From Collinsella sp. (lineage in GTDB: Bacteria > Actinomycetota > Coriobacteriia > Coriobacteriales > Coriobacteriaceae): DNA of 64,000 nt. The DNA lies in contig DBEYWP010000003.1 in assembly GCA_048183675.1 (NCBI GenBank), positions 1,194 to 65,193 of the forward strand, written 5' to 3'. Each line of letters begins with the position of its first letter. The first letter of the stretch is position 1. Below the pieces are notes generated by a model. The model did not search any database. It was not told where the DNA came from and was given only the letters and a program-made list of their open reading frames with translations. The position numbers and the translations under genes are program-made. This document shows positions 10,105 through 19,400 of the stretch, one piece after another.

Positions 10105-11253
10105 CTAGTTGGAGCTGGGCAGCGTGGCCGGAGCCTCGGCACCGAGCTTTTTGCCAAAGGCCTCGAGCAGGCGGCTCGCCACGAGCGTCAGGATCAGGTA
10201 GACCACGAGCGCCACGCAGTAGACCTCCATCTGGCGGTAGTACACGCCGGCGACGGTGGTGGTAGCGTACATGAGGTCGAACACGCCGATGACCGAAAGC
10301 ACTGACGAGTCCTTGATGTTGATGATGAGTTCGTTGGTGAGTGCGGGGATCGCGTTTTTAATGCCCTGCGGGAACACGACCTTGCGCATGGCCTGCCATT
10401 GCGACAAGCCCAGCGAGCGCGCCGCCTCGGCCTGGCCGGGGTCGATGGACTCGATACCGCCGCGCAGGACCTCCATCATATAGGCGGTGGAGTTGAGCGA
10501 AATGGTGACAAGACCCGCGGTAAAGGTGCTCCAGATCTGGTTGGCCTGCGCCGTCTCGAAGCCCATGCCGCGCAGAACGGTAAAGCCCGCGTAGTAGATG
10601 AGCAGGCCCTGCACCATCATGGGCGTGCCGCGTACGATGGTGGAGTAGACGGTCGCAAAGCCGCGGCCGATACTCTTAAAGAAGCGCACCAGGTCGTTAT
10701 CCACGCGGTCGAACGTCTGAATGCGTAGGAACACGAAGAGCAGCGCCAGGAAGAATGCGACGACGGTGCCGAAGGTGGCAAGCGCGATGGTGATCTCGAT
10801 ACCGCGGATAAAGAAGTCCCCGCTCTTGTAGGTCATGTAGACCAGGCTCGACAAAAAGTCGCTGGGGTTGGAATCCGAGACAATGCTCACCTGTACCAGG
10901 TCGATAAATGACATGACGCAGCGGTCCACGAAAAAGATCGCCGCGATTGCGACCACGACGTAGCTGCCCAGGCGTGCGCCACGGCGGCAACGCTCGGAGG
11001 CGAACGGCGACGTTTCGCGATAGTCGTTCCAGTGCATGAGCTTGGTGACCAGCGCCGCCGCCGACACGACGAGCCAGGCCCAAAGAATCGCCCAAAGGCA
11101 ATCTTGGAACACGCCCGTGGGGACCAAGAAGCTCAGCGGCGTGGGGTTGCGCTGGCTAAACGCCAGGCCGAGCGCCGCGATGACGCTCGTGCCCAGGTAT
11201 ACATAACGGTGGTCGGCCTTGATAAAGGAGGCCAGGCGATTAATGGTTTTCAT
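10105..11253 (-). CDS. amino-acid ABC transporter permease with extended N-terminal membrane domain
   Basis: The EAA-loop [21 protein letters not shown] and multiple TM segments are present. GGGAGG lies upstream of the ATG. Confidence 0.85.
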   Translation of the reverse strand: MKTINRLASFIKADHRYVYLGTSVIAALGLAFSQRNPTPLSFLVPTGVFQDCLWAILWAWLVVSAAALVTKLMHWNDYRETSPFASERCRRGARLGSYVVVAIAAIFFVDRCVMSFIDLVQVSIVSDSNPSDFLSSLVYMTYKSGDFFIRGIEITIALATFGTVVAFFLALLFVFLRIQTFDRVDNDLVRFFKSIGRGFATVYSTIVRGTPMMVQGLLIYYAGFTVLRGMGFETAQANQIWSTFTAGLVTISLNSTAYMMEVLRGGIESIDPGQAEAARSLGLSQWQAMRKVVFPQGIKNAIPALTNELIINIKDSSVLSVIGVFDLMYATTTVAGVYYRQMEVYCVALVVYLILTLVASRLLEAFGKKLGAEAPATLPSSN

Positions 11254-11262
11254 GCTGCCTCC

Positions 11263-12189
11263 CTATGCCGGCTGACGGTCGAGGCACGCGTCCCACATTT
11301 GGTCGCGCTCCTCTTGGCTAATGCCCTTGAGTGTCTTGTCGATGAGCTTAAGCAGCTTGTCCGAGCCCTTGCGGCAACCGACATTTGCCGCGACCTCCTG
11401 CTTAAAGCCCTCGCCCTCGGCAAAATGGATGGGGACGATACCGGGATTTTGGGCCATATAGCCCTTCTCATTCTCGGTGTTGTAGGTCACGGCGTCGCAC
11501 GTGCCCTGCAGCAGGTTCGAGAACACCGTGGGGACGGAGTCGACCGGGTTCTTGTGCACAACGCCCGGGATCTCGTCGATGACGGTGTCGAGCATGGTGT
11601 CCTTTTGGCCGAGTACCGTGGCACCGCTAAAGTCGCTAAGCTTGGTGGCGTTTTGGTAGGGAGAGCCCTCTTTTACGAACAGGCCAAAGTAGCCAATGAA
11701 GTACGGGTCGGAAAAGCCGACCGACTCCTCGCGCTCGGGCGTGGCGCTCATGCCGGCGATGATGAGGTCGATCTGGCCGTTGTTGAGCGAATCGATAAGG
11801 CCCGAGAAGCTCTGCTTGACGGCAACGGGCTCGCCACCGAGGGCCTTGCAGACGATCTTGGCGATCTGTACGTCGTAGCCATCGGCATAGGCGCCCTGCA
11901 CGTTGTCGATGGGGATGGTGTACTCACTGGCTTCGGAAACCTGCCAGTTGTACGGGGCGTAGGCCGCCTCCATGCCAATGCGGATCTTGTCCTTGCCGAT
12001 CACGGAATCGGACAGGTCGTCGCGACCGCCGCCCGTCGTGGGCTGAACCACTTTGAGCGTGGACGGACGCTGACAGCCGGCGAGCGCGCCGGCGACGACG
12101 GAAGCGCTCGCAGCGAGAGCGCTACCCAAAAAGATGCGACGGCTGCATACCGGCTGGCGCTGCGCATCGCACTGTTGGGGAGAATGCAT
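11263..12189 (-). CDS. amino-acid ABC substrate-binding lipoprotein (family 3)
   Basis: Start at MHSPQQ (ATG at 12189). The signal RRIFLGSALAASASVVAGALAGC has a lipobox Cys. The IGMEAAYAPYNW fold is typical of polar amino-acid binding proteins. Confidence 0.85.
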   Translation of the reverse strand: MHSPQQCDAQRQPVCSRRIFLGSALAASASVVAGALAGCQRPSTLKVVQPTTGGGRDDLSDSVIGKDKIRIGMEAAYAPYNWQVSEASEYTIPIDNVQGAYADGYDVQIAKIVCKALGGEPVAVKQSFSGLIDSLNNGQIDLIIAGMSATPEREESVGFSDPYFIGYFGLFVKEGSPYQNATKLSDFSGATVLGQKDTMLDTVIDEIPGVVHKNPVDSVPTVFSNLLQGTCDAVTYNTENEKGYMAQNPGIVPIHFAEGEGFKQEVAANVGCRKGSDKLLKLIDKTLKGISQEERDQMWDACLDRQPA

Positions 12190-12256
12190 AATCTGCCTTC
12201 CCTGTTGAATCGTATGCTGATAACTTAACAGGATACCGCTCAGCGCCACCTCCAGC

Positions 12257-12280
12257 AAATGCATATATAAATGCATATAT
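12257..12280 (-). promoter_or_regulatory. perfect tandem 12-mer (aaatgcatatat x2) in the ABC-importer upstream region
   Basis: Seen directly, 68-91 nt upstream of the binding-protein start. It is AT-rich with TATAT-like -10 candidates on the minus strand. Confidence 0.3.
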
Positions 12281-12307
12281 ACAAGTTTACGAACTGAAAA
12301 CGATTGG

Positions 12308-12363
12308 TAGTCGTTGGGGACGTTCTTAAACGACTAGTCAAACAAGAACGTCCCCAACGACTA
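12308..12363. repeat. 20-bp perfect inverted repeat with 16-nt loop
   Basis: tagtcgttggggacgttctt / aagaacgtccccaacgacta, verified base by base. It lies between the epimerase terminator and the ABC-importer promoter region. Confidence 0.7.
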
Positions 12364-12369
12364 GGCATG

Positions 12370-12410
12370 AAAAAGGCAAGGCATAGACCTTCTGGTCATG
12401 CCTTGCCTTT
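12370..12410 (-). terminator. intrinsic terminator after the aldose epimerase gene
   Basis: A 13-bp perfect stem aaaggcaaggcat / atgccttgccttt is followed by a U-run on the minus strand. Confidence 0.65.
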
Positions 12411-12482
12411 TGAATGACAAATTGTCGCTCTGGGTGGCGCGCAGCGTCGACCGGTTCGCCGTTCGTTAGAACGGCGGAACAC

Positions 12483-13376
12483 CTAAAGCAGCGTAACCTC
12501 GAAGGTACGCTTGTCGGTAGCGCCGGGGGCCAAGGTGATGGTGTTGACCTTGTGCTCAAAGACGTCGTCCTCGGTGTCCATAGTGGTGTGACCGGTCCAG
12601 GGCTCGAGCGCCACAAACGGAGCGTCGTTGGCGGCAGACCACACGCCGATGTACTTAAAGCCCTCAAAGTCGATCTTGACGCCGTGGCCCGACTTGCGGC
12701 CGCGCAGCGTGAGCGTGGAGCCCGGGGTATCGGTGAACATGATGGCGTCGTTATCGAAGCTGCGGTGCGTGATGGGCAGCACGTCCGAGTTATCGGGAGC
12801 CTTGTAGCTACCCTCGAACGTCATAAGGCCATCGGGCGTGATGACGGGGGCCTCGTTAGTCCAAGCCTCGGTAAACGCCAGCTCGTAATCCTCGAACGCC
12901 TCGTCCTCGGCGCCGGGGGCGGGCACGTTAAATGCGGGGTGGCCGCCCACCGAGAACGGCAGGTCCACGTCGCCGGTGTTGGTGACGGCAAAGGTCTGCG
13001 TAAGGGTGGCGTCGCCGGTCAGGGCATAGGTCATGTTGAGCTTAAAGTGGAACGGAAACGCCTTGAGAGACTCGGACGTGTCGGTGAGCTCATAGATAAC
13101 GGACGAACTGTCCTCCGACACCTCGACGATCTTGTGCTCGACAATGCGTGCGATGCCGTGGCGCGCCATCTCGCAGGTGCCGGCGGCAGACGTCGCCGTG
13201 TTGTTGCGCAGCGATCCCACGATGGGGAACAGGATGGGCGCGTGCTTGCCCCAAAAGGCCGGGTCGCCCTGCCACAGATACTCATTGCCGTTGAGGGCAA
13301 GGCTCGTGAGCTGGGCGCCCATGGAATCGATGGCCGCGGTGAGGCCGCCGCGCTTGATGGTAGTGACGGTGGACAT
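12483..13376 (-). CDS. aldose 1-epimerase family protein (LacX/YihR-like)
   Basis: MSTVTTIKRGGLTAAIDSMGAQLTSL...EYLWQGDPAFWGKHAPILFPIVG...GGHPAFN are typical mutarotase-fold motifs. Start at the ATG at 13376. Confidence 0.85.
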   Translation of the reverse strand: MSTVTTIKRGGLTAAIDSMGAQLTSLALNGNEYLWQGDPAFWGKHAPILFPIVGSLRNNTATSAAGTCEMARHGIARIVEHKIVEVSEDSSSVIYELTDTSESLKAFPFHFKLNMTYALTGDATLTQTFAVTNTGDVDLPFSVGGHPAFNVPAPGAEDEAFEDYELAFTEAWTNEAPVITPDGLMTFEGSYKAPDNSDVLPITHRSFDNDAIMFTDTPGSTLTLRGRKSGHGVKIDFEGFKYIGVWSAANDAPFVALEPWTGHTTMDTEDDVFEHKVNTITLAPGATDKRTFEVTLL

Positions 13377-13455
13377 GCTACTTCCTCCAAAAGTAAACAA
13401 CAGTGTCGAGGGTTATTGTCCCACTCTTGGCAGCAGGGCTGAGCGACAGGCGCAG

Positions 13456-14325
13456 TTATTGAGCAATAGCGTAAAGGTCAAACCCGCCCTGCGGAGTGCT
13501 ATCGACCGTATCGGGCGCCTGCGAGTTAAAGCTCACGGGAACCATGCGCTTTGAGGCGCGGAAGCGCGTGCCGTCGGTGGCGACGGGCGGTTCGTCGACG
13601 GTGAGCTCGTAGTCGCCGGGCTTGAGCTCGATGCCGTCACCAGCGGAATTGACGTATTGATACTCGTCAATCGTCTGCCCTTTGAGCGTACGCCCCACGA
13701 TGTGGATGAGCATTTGGCTGTCGCCACGCGCGGTGTCCCACATCGCGCCGTCCTTGACCTCGACCGACACATGTACCGAGCGCGTGCGGCTGAGCGATTG
13801 CTCGACAGACATCTCGACCTTGGCGGCGTCTTGACGCTGCTGCTCGACATGGCTCCAAACGCTACCGATTGCCGAGCAGGCGATAACGCCGGCCATGAAG
13901 GCGATGAGGATGGGGCCGAGCGGAGAACGGCGGCCCGCGTCTTCCTCACGAGCCAGGTCGGGGCGATGTGTGGGCGCAGGCGCCTGGGCGCCTTGCGCGG
14001 GCACGTCGAGAATGCTGAAGGATGCCGTGCTGTCGGGGTCGATGGTGTGACGCGGCTGCGGGATCTTTGCCGGCGAGATGGACATGTCCGCCGGCTCACC
14101 GAGTGTGGCCGTGGCATCGGCCTTAGCTTCATCGGCCTCGGCTTGGGCCCAAGCCTGCTCAAAGGTCAGGGGCTCGGCGGCATCGGAGGCGGCATCAGGC
14201 TCGACAGCGGCATCGTTGCCGGTCTCGTCCTCGTCGCTCGACACGTCACGCGACGCGGGCTCGTCCCACTCCTCGTCCGGAGCCTCGCCCTCGCTATACC
14301 ACCATTCAAAGTTATCGATATCCAT
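13456..14325 (-). CDS. hypothetical single-pass membrane protein
   Basis: It has an acidic, low-complexity N-terminus, one TM (PLGPILIAFMAGVIACSAIGSVW) and a C-terminal region of about 130 aa. AAGGGG lies upstream of the ATG. I recognise no family. Confidence 0.55.
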   Translation of the reverse strand: MDIDNFEWWYSEGEAPDEEWDEPASRDVSSDEDETGNDAAVEPDAASDAAEPLTFEQAWAQAEADEAKADATATLGEPADMSISPAKIPQPRHTIDPDSTASFSILDVPAQGAQAPAPTHRPDLAREEDAGRRSPLGPILIAFMAGVIACSAIGSVWSHVEQQRQDAAKVEMSVEQSLSRTRSVHVSVEVKDGAMWDTARGDSQMLIHIVGRTLKGQTIDEYQYVNSAGDGIELKPGDYELTVDEPPVATDGTRFRASKRMVPVSFNSQAPDTVDSTPQGGFDLYAIAQ

Positions 14326-14400
14326 ACGGGGCGCCCCTTAGGCCTCGCAAATAAACACTTGTTAGCCTTATACCCGCAGATGGCGCTGGAGCTCGCACGG

Positions 14401-14432
14401 AATGCGATAAAGGGACTGCTCCTTTGTCGCAT
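14401..14432. repeat. palindromic repeat family 1 copy (slightly diverged)
   Basis: aatgcgataaagggactgctcctttgtcgcat lies 70 nt downstream of the MerR stop. Confidence 0.8.
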
Positions 14433-14501
14433 CGAAGTTGCGGTGGAATAGTTCCTGTTTGCACGCCCACTCGAGCTATTTAGGGACTATTTCACCGCAA
14501 G

Positions 14502-15368
14502 TTATTTGAGGGCGACGGGGATTTGGATACAGCAGAAGTCCTCTTGGTGAGACTCGTCGTAGCTCGTGGTGTCCAGGTAGCAAAAATCGAAAGCATTGCC
14601 GATGGGCTGGAGCGCGTGCCTGTCCATGCAGGCCACGATGGCGCGGATACCCTCGGGCTCGTACGGCATGCCCCAGCGACTCATGCACAGGTACGTGCCC
14701 TCGGGCAGCACCTCGACGCCAATCTCCGCCAGCTCGGCAGGATCGCTCGGCAGTATTTCCTCGGCACCACGCGGCAACACGGCAAAGGAACCGGCACCGG
14801 CGATGGGGTCGTCGGAATGCAGCGCCTCGCGACGCAGCATGGCGCCCCAACCGCGCATGGGGCGTGTGCCCGTGAGCGCACGCATGCGCAGAATCGCCCG
14901 CATGAGCGTGGGGTGCAGCATCGAGCGGCCACGCTCGATATCGCTCGGGAACTCCTCAAAGACCACGTAGCGGCGCTCGAATTGCTTGAGCTCCGGTTTG
15001 CCCTCGCGCTCGCGCCAATAGACCGCCTCGTCGTAAAAACTCAGCCGCTCCTGCACGCTCGCGCGCTCGGCTTTGAGCCCGGCAATCTGCTCGTCGAGCG
15101 CCTGCACCCGCGAGCGCAGGTGATCGGTCATCTCTCCAATGTCGAACGTCGAGGTCAGGCGATCGATCTCATCGAGTTCCAGTCCCAAGTCGCGCAGCAT
15201 GCAGATCAGACGCATGAGCGGGATCTGCGTGGGCGAATAGAAACGGTAGCTTTTTTCGTTAACCACGGCGGGTTTAAACAGACCGATCTTGTCGTAGTAG
15301 ATGAGCGTTTGGCGCGAAACGTTAAACAAGCTCGCCATCTCGCTAATCGCATACATACCCGTCTGCAT
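14502..15368 (-). CDS. MerR family transcriptional regulator with GyrI-like effector-binding domain
   Basis: The N-terminal HTH is MYAISEMASLFNVSRQTLIYYDKIGLFKP...YRFYS. A coiled coil and a C-terminal domain of about 150 aa resemble BmrR/GyrI-like regulators. Start at the ATG at 15368, with GGAGG immediately upstream. Confidence 0.8.
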   Translation of the reverse strand: MQTGMYAISEMASLFNVSRQTLIYYDKIGLFKPAVVNEKSYRFYSPTQIPLMRLICMLRDLGLELDEIDRLTSTFDIGEMTDHLRSRVQALDEQIAGLKAERASVQERLSFYDEAVYWREREGKPELKQFERRYVVFEEFPSDIERGRSMLHPTLMRAILRMRALTGTRPMRGWGAMLRREALHSDDPIAGAGSFAVLPRGAEEILPSDPAELAEIGVEVLPEGTYLCMSRWGMPYEPEGIRAIVACMDRHALQPIGNAFDFCYLDTTSYDESHQEDFCCIQIPVALK

Positions 15369-15459
15369 AGGTCCTCCCGACACACCCTTTGACACGAAAA
15401 GCCCGCCGCCCACAGGGGCAGCGGGCTCAAACACTACTCGTATCCTACCCTAAAGATGC

Positions 15460-16038
15460 CTATGACCAGCGCTTATAGTTGGCGCACGACACGCCGACGG
15501 CCTCGAGTGCCTTGGCGGCGATGTGATGCACCGCCTCATCGAGCGTGGCGGGGCCGTTGTAAAACGTGAGCATGGGCGGCATGAGCATGACACCCGGCAC
15601 GCGCGCCAGGCGTGCCATGTTGTCGACATGGATCGCACTGAAGGGCGTCTCGCGCACCATAAGCACCAGGCGGCGCTGCTCTTTCATCTGCACATCGGCC
15701 GCACGCAGCAACAGGTTTTCGCTGTAGCCGCTCGCGATGCCGGCGAGCGTCTTCATGGAGCAGGGAGCCACGATCATGCCGTCGACCGGATAGGTGCCGC
15801 TTGCGATGGCAGCGCCAATGTTCTTGTTGTCGTAGACCACATCGGCATAGCACGCAAACTCGTCGAGCGTCATGCCGAGCTCCTGCTCGATGGTGATCTC
15901 TCCCCCGCGCGTGACGACAAGCGCCGACTCAGCGCCGGCCTGGCGCAGGCATTTGAGGCATTCAAGGCCCAGTGCCGCACCGCTGGCGCCAGACACGCCA
16001 ACGACAATGCGACGGGGACGAACAGAAGACTCAGGCAT
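15460..16038 (-). CDS. ubiX: UbiX-family flavin prenyltransferase
   Basis: RIVVGVSGASGA...VAPCSMKTLAGIASG...L, with length 192 aa. AAGGAG lies upstream of the ATG. Confidence 0.9.
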   Translation of the reverse strand: MPESSVRPRRIVVGVSGASGAALGLECLKCLRQAGAESALVVTRGGEITIEQELGMTLDEFACYADVVYDNKNIGAAIASGTYPVDGMIVAPCSMKTLAGIASGYSENLLLRAADVQMKEQRRLVLMVRETPFSAIHVDNMARLARVPGVMLMPPMLTFYNGPATLDEAVHHIAAKALEAVGVSCANYKRWS

Positions 16039-16071
16039 GACAACTCCTTAACTACTTGGTAGGGCTACTTA

Positions 16072-17559
16072 CTAGAAGGCGAGCTCGGCGGCCCACTTGT
16101 CCTTGTCGATCTCCATGAACTGCGAGCGGATGAAGTTCTTCTTGAGGTTAAACGGAACCGTGCAGTCGAAGATGGCCTTGCAGGCGATACCGTGCTCGCG
16201 GATCGAAGGATCGAACGCGGGGTCGTTGGACGGATCGAGCACGTGGCAGTGGCAACCGGGGATGGTGATGAGGTCCACGTCGGCCTGGAAGCGCGTGGTC
16301 ATGGCCCACATCACGTCGCTCATATCGAAGATGTCGACATCCTCGTCGACAAGGATGACGTGCTTGAGCTCGGAGAACGCCGAGAAGGCGAGCATGGCGG
16401 CGTTGCGCTGACGGCCCTCGTCATTTTTGCTCGACTTCTTGAACTGCATGATGGCAACGAACTTGCCGCCACCGCAGGGAGCGGCGTGAACGTTGAGCAG
16501 GCGGCCCGGGATAGCGGTCTCGACCATCTTGTAGATGGAGGCCTCGGTGGGGATACCGGCCATGGACACGTGCTCGTGCGAAGGGCCGATGCAGCTCTCC
16601 ATAATGGGGTTGACGCGCGTGGTGACGGCGGTGATCTTGATCACCGGGCAGACCTTGGCGCCACCGGTGTAGCCGGGGAACTCGGGCATGGCGTAGCCGT
16701 GGCCGTTGACATCCTCGTTGATGGTCTCGTCGTGCATGAGGTAGCCCTCGAGCACGTACTCGGCATTGGCAATGCACTTCTGCGGAACGGTGACGCAGTC
16801 GGCAAGCTCGACGGCGCGGCCGCGCAGGGCGCCGGCGATCTGCAGCTCGTTGAAGCCGAGCGGCGTGGTGGGAGCCTCGAAGCCGCAGCACATGTACACG
16901 GCGGGGTCCAGGCCGATGGAGATGGAGATGGGCATATCCTCGCCGCGCTGGCAGTACTCGTCAAAGAACGCACCCAGGTGACGGCTGCCCGGGGTGATCC
17001 ACATGGCGAGCTTGTCCTTGTCGACGCAGGAGAAGCGGTGGATGGTTACGTCGGACTGGGTGCCATCGGGGCTCGTGCCATAGGCGAGGCCCATGGTGAT
17101 GTAGGGGCCGCCGTCAACGGGCGTGTTGGTGGGAGCGGGAACGATCTTGCGCAGGTCAAAGCCCTCGTCGGTCGCCTTGTACACGACCTCCTGGCAGTCG
17201 ACGTGCTTGCCCTCGGCGATCTGCTCGGGGGCGATCAGGTTCTCGAAGCGCTTGCCGATCTCGAGGCCCAGGTGCTCCTCGTCCAGGTCGAGCAGGGCGG
17301 CAACGCGCTTGCGGCTGGCAAGCATACCGATGCAGACCTTGGCGTCGTCAAAGCCCTTGACGTTGTTGAAGACCATCGCCGGACCCTCTTTGGTCGGGCG
17401 CATGACGGTGCCGCCAGCACCGACATGACGGTAGACGCCCGAGACCTCGGCATCGGGATCGACCTGGGTGTCGGTCTCGAGCAGCTGGCCCGGCATCTCA
17501 CGCAAAAAGTCGAGCGCGGAACGCAGGTCGTGGATCTGGGAAGCATCGGTAGTGGACAT
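16072..17559 (-). CDS. UbiD-family (prFMN-dependent) decarboxylase, hydroxyarylic-acid decarboxylase C-subunit-like
   Basis: VSGVYRHVGAGGTVMRPTKEGPAMVFNNVKGF, VVYKATDEGFDLRKIV, PEFPGYTGG and SMAGIPTEASI are blocks I associate with the LpdC/BsdC/VdcC clade (from memory, not searched). Start at the ATG at 17559, with AGGAG upstream. Confidence 0.9.
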   Translation of the reverse strand: MSTTDASQIHDLRSALDFLREMPGQLLETDTQVDPDAEVSGVYRHVGAGGTVMRPTKEGPAMVFNNVKGFDDAKVCIGMLASRKRVAALLDLDEEHLGLEIGKRFENLIAPEQIAEGKHVDCQEVVYKATDEGFDLRKIVPAPTNTPVDGGPYITMGLAYGTSPDGTQSDVTIHRFSCVDKDKLAMWITPGSRHLGAFFDEYCQRGEDMPISISIGLDPAVYMCCGFEAPTTPLGFNELQIAGALRGRAVELADCVTVPQKCIANAEYVLEGYLMHDETINEDVNGHGYAMPEFPGYTGGAKVCPVIKITAVTTRVNPIMESCIGPSHEHVSMAGIPTEASIYKMVETAIPGRLLNVHAAPCGGGKFVAIMQFKKSSKNDEGRQRNAAMLAFSAFSELKHVILVDEDVDIFDMSDVMWAMTTRFQADVDLITIPGCHCHVLDPSNDPAFDPSIREHGIACKAIFDCTVPFNLKKNFIRSQFMEIDKDKWAAELAF

Positions 17560-17701
17560 GGCGTACTCCTTTCGGGAGAGTGTCCGGCGACGGGGTGCCG
17601 CCGGACGGGGTAACGTAATGGGGCCGCGGCGCTCACAAATGGAGCGCTCGACCACTCGAAGTTCAAGCGCTTGGCTGCTTACAGCCGGGGCGCTCGACCG
17701 C

Positions 17702-19159
17702 TTACATCAGGCCAAAGAGGTGGAACCAGGCGGCCTCGACCAGCACGACGACAAAGACGACCGCGGTGAGGGGGATGCCCATGCGCATAGCCTCTTTGGA
17801 GGTGTAGCCGCCGGCGTCCTTGCCTTCGCCGATAAGGATCGGCAGGTTATGGAACGGCAGGATGTAGTGGATGTTGATGGACGTGAAGACGATGAGCGCC
17901 ACGGCGAGTGGGCTCACGCTGGAGCCGGCGGCAAAGCTGATAAATGCCGGCACGCACACGCCGAGCACGGCCATGACCGAGCCCATGAACATGTGGATGA
18001 TCATGGAAAGCGCGGCGACGAGCAGGGCGAACAGGAAGATGTTCTCAGGCACGGAGCTGGGGAGCACGACGTCGGCGATCCAGGCGTTCATGCCGGTGGC
18101 ACCGCCCACGGAGCCCACGGCCATGGCGGCCGTCAGGAACATGAGGGACTTGATGTCGACAGCGTTCCAGCTGGCGGGAGTGAGGACTTCGCCGATGATG
18201 GGCATGGCGAGAGCAACGCCAATGGCCAGGGTGACCCAGCCGATATAGTCGCCCGAGACGGTGAGCCACAGCGCGATGGCGATGACAAGCCACACGATGG
18301 TGCGGATCTCCTTGACGGAGAGCTTGCCGAGCGCGGCCTGCTTGGCCACGATCTGCTCGCGATCGTAGACGAGCTCCTTGCTGGGCTTAAAGAGGAAAAG
18401 GCCCAGGAACAGGGTGCACAGCAGCGCAACCAGCATAGGCACGCTCATGTACAGGAACCAGTCGACGAAGGACGGGCTCATGCCGCCGGCCTCGGCACTG
18501 TACTGCGCAACGAGCGGGTTAAGCGTGGAGTCGCCCGTCAGGAAGAACATGGAACCCGGGGCGGCAGCGGCAAACACGAGGAAGCCGAGCTTGCCCTTGT
18601 CGTCGTCACCGTAGCCGGCGGACTCGGCGATGACCGAGACGACGGCGAGGATGAGGAAGGCGCGGGGGAACGGATGCGGGATCAGCAGCGACAGCACAAA
18701 GGTGAGCGCGAAGATCGAGATGATGAGCGACTTGGCGTCGCGCACGAACTTGAGCATGAACGCGTAGGCGATGCGCTCGCCCAGGCCCGACTCCTTGACC
18801 GCGCTGGCGATGAGGTAGGCGCCGATGACGAGCCACATGGTGGCCTTGGTCCACGAGCTAAACGTGGAGGCGACCGTCGCCGAGATGCTCGCGGCGCCCG
18901 TGTCGTCCACGCACACCTTGAACAGGACGAGCAGTGCGCAGTAGAGCAGGCCCACAAAGCCCGGCTGTGCCACGCCGCATGCCCAGAACACCACCGTGGC
19001 GAGCGTCAGTGCCAGACAGGTCTGACCGCCGACCGTGAGCTCGACCGTCGAGCTCAGCTCCGCCAAAGGAAGAAACTTCACCAGCAAAAAGACAACGATA
19101 CCCAGCACAAAGCCAATTTCGCGCTTGGTGATCTTAAACGCCTTCTTTTCCGCTTCCAT
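17702..19159 (-). CDS. anion permease of the ion-transporter (DASS/SLC13- or ArsB/NhaD-like) superfamily
   Basis: 485 aa with about 12-14 TM segments and an internally duplicated architecture. GGGGAG lies upstream of the ATG. The subfamily was not resolved by eye. Confidence 0.65.
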   Translation of the reverse strand: MEAEKKAFKITKREIGFVLGIVVFLLVKFLPLAELSSTVELTVGGQTCLALTLATVVFWACGVAQPGFVGLLYCALLVLFKVCVDDTGAASISATVASTFSSWTKATMWLVIGAYLIASAVKESGLGERIAYAFMLKFVRDAKSLIISIFALTFVLSLLIPHPFPRAFLILAVVSVIAESAGYGDDDKGKLGFLVFAAAAPGSMFFLTGDSTLNPLVAQYSAEAGGMSPSFVDWFLYMSVPMLVALLCTLFLGLFLFKPSKELVYDREQIVAKQAALGKLSVKEIRTIVWLVIAIALWLTVSGDYIGWVTLAIGVALAMPIIGEVLTPASWNAVDIKSLMFLTAAMAVGSVGGATGMNAWIADVVLPSSVPENIFLFALLVAALSMIIHMFMGSVMAVLGVCVPAFISFAAGSSVSPLAVALIVFTSINIHYILPFHNLPILIGEGKDAGGYTSKEAMRMGIPLTAVVFVVVLVEAAWFHLFGLM

Positions 19160-19212
19160 CTCCCCACCTTTCTTGTTGGGGGCGCTCCGAATTCGCAGCC
19201 ATGTTGCCGCTT

Positions 19213-19242
19213 AAAAAGGGGCGCCCGTTATCGGACACCCCT
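19213..19242 (-). terminator. terminator- or attenuator-like hairpin about 55 nt upstream of the permease start
   Basis: On the minus strand AGGGGUGUCC-gauaac-GGGCGCCCCU (two G-U pairs) is followed by UUUUU. Confidence 0.4.
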
Positions 19243-19310
19243 TACGTTGCGCTGTGTTGCGGCAATACAGTCAAGCGGATTTTTTGGATGAGAAGCGATT
19301 CCCTAGACAA

Positions 19311-19375
19311 AAACCGTCACAACATTCGACGCTTTTCCTCGTTTTCGAGATTTTCGCCGAATGTTGTGACGGTTT
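19311..19375. repeat. 18-bp perfect inverted repeat with 29-nt loop
   Basis: aaaccgtcacaacattcg / cgaatgttgtgacggttt, verified base by base. It lies between the fusion-gene stop (19401) and the permease start (19159). Confidence 0.8.
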
Positions 19376-19378
19376 GGA

Positions 19379-19400
19379 TGTGGCAAAGGGACTGTCTTTT
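19379..19400. repeat. half-copy of palindromic repeat family 1
   Basis: tgtggcaaagggactgtctttt directly abuts the stop codon at 19401. Only the left arm is retained. Confidence 0.4.

Noticed and set aside
19160-19400. FMN (RFN) riboswitch upstream of the permease-ubiD-ubiX genes
   Set aside because: It was attractive because the pathway consumes FMN. However, I could not find the conserved RFN core segments (such as the GGGCGGG...CCCACCGGCGG type blocks) in either strand of the spacer.
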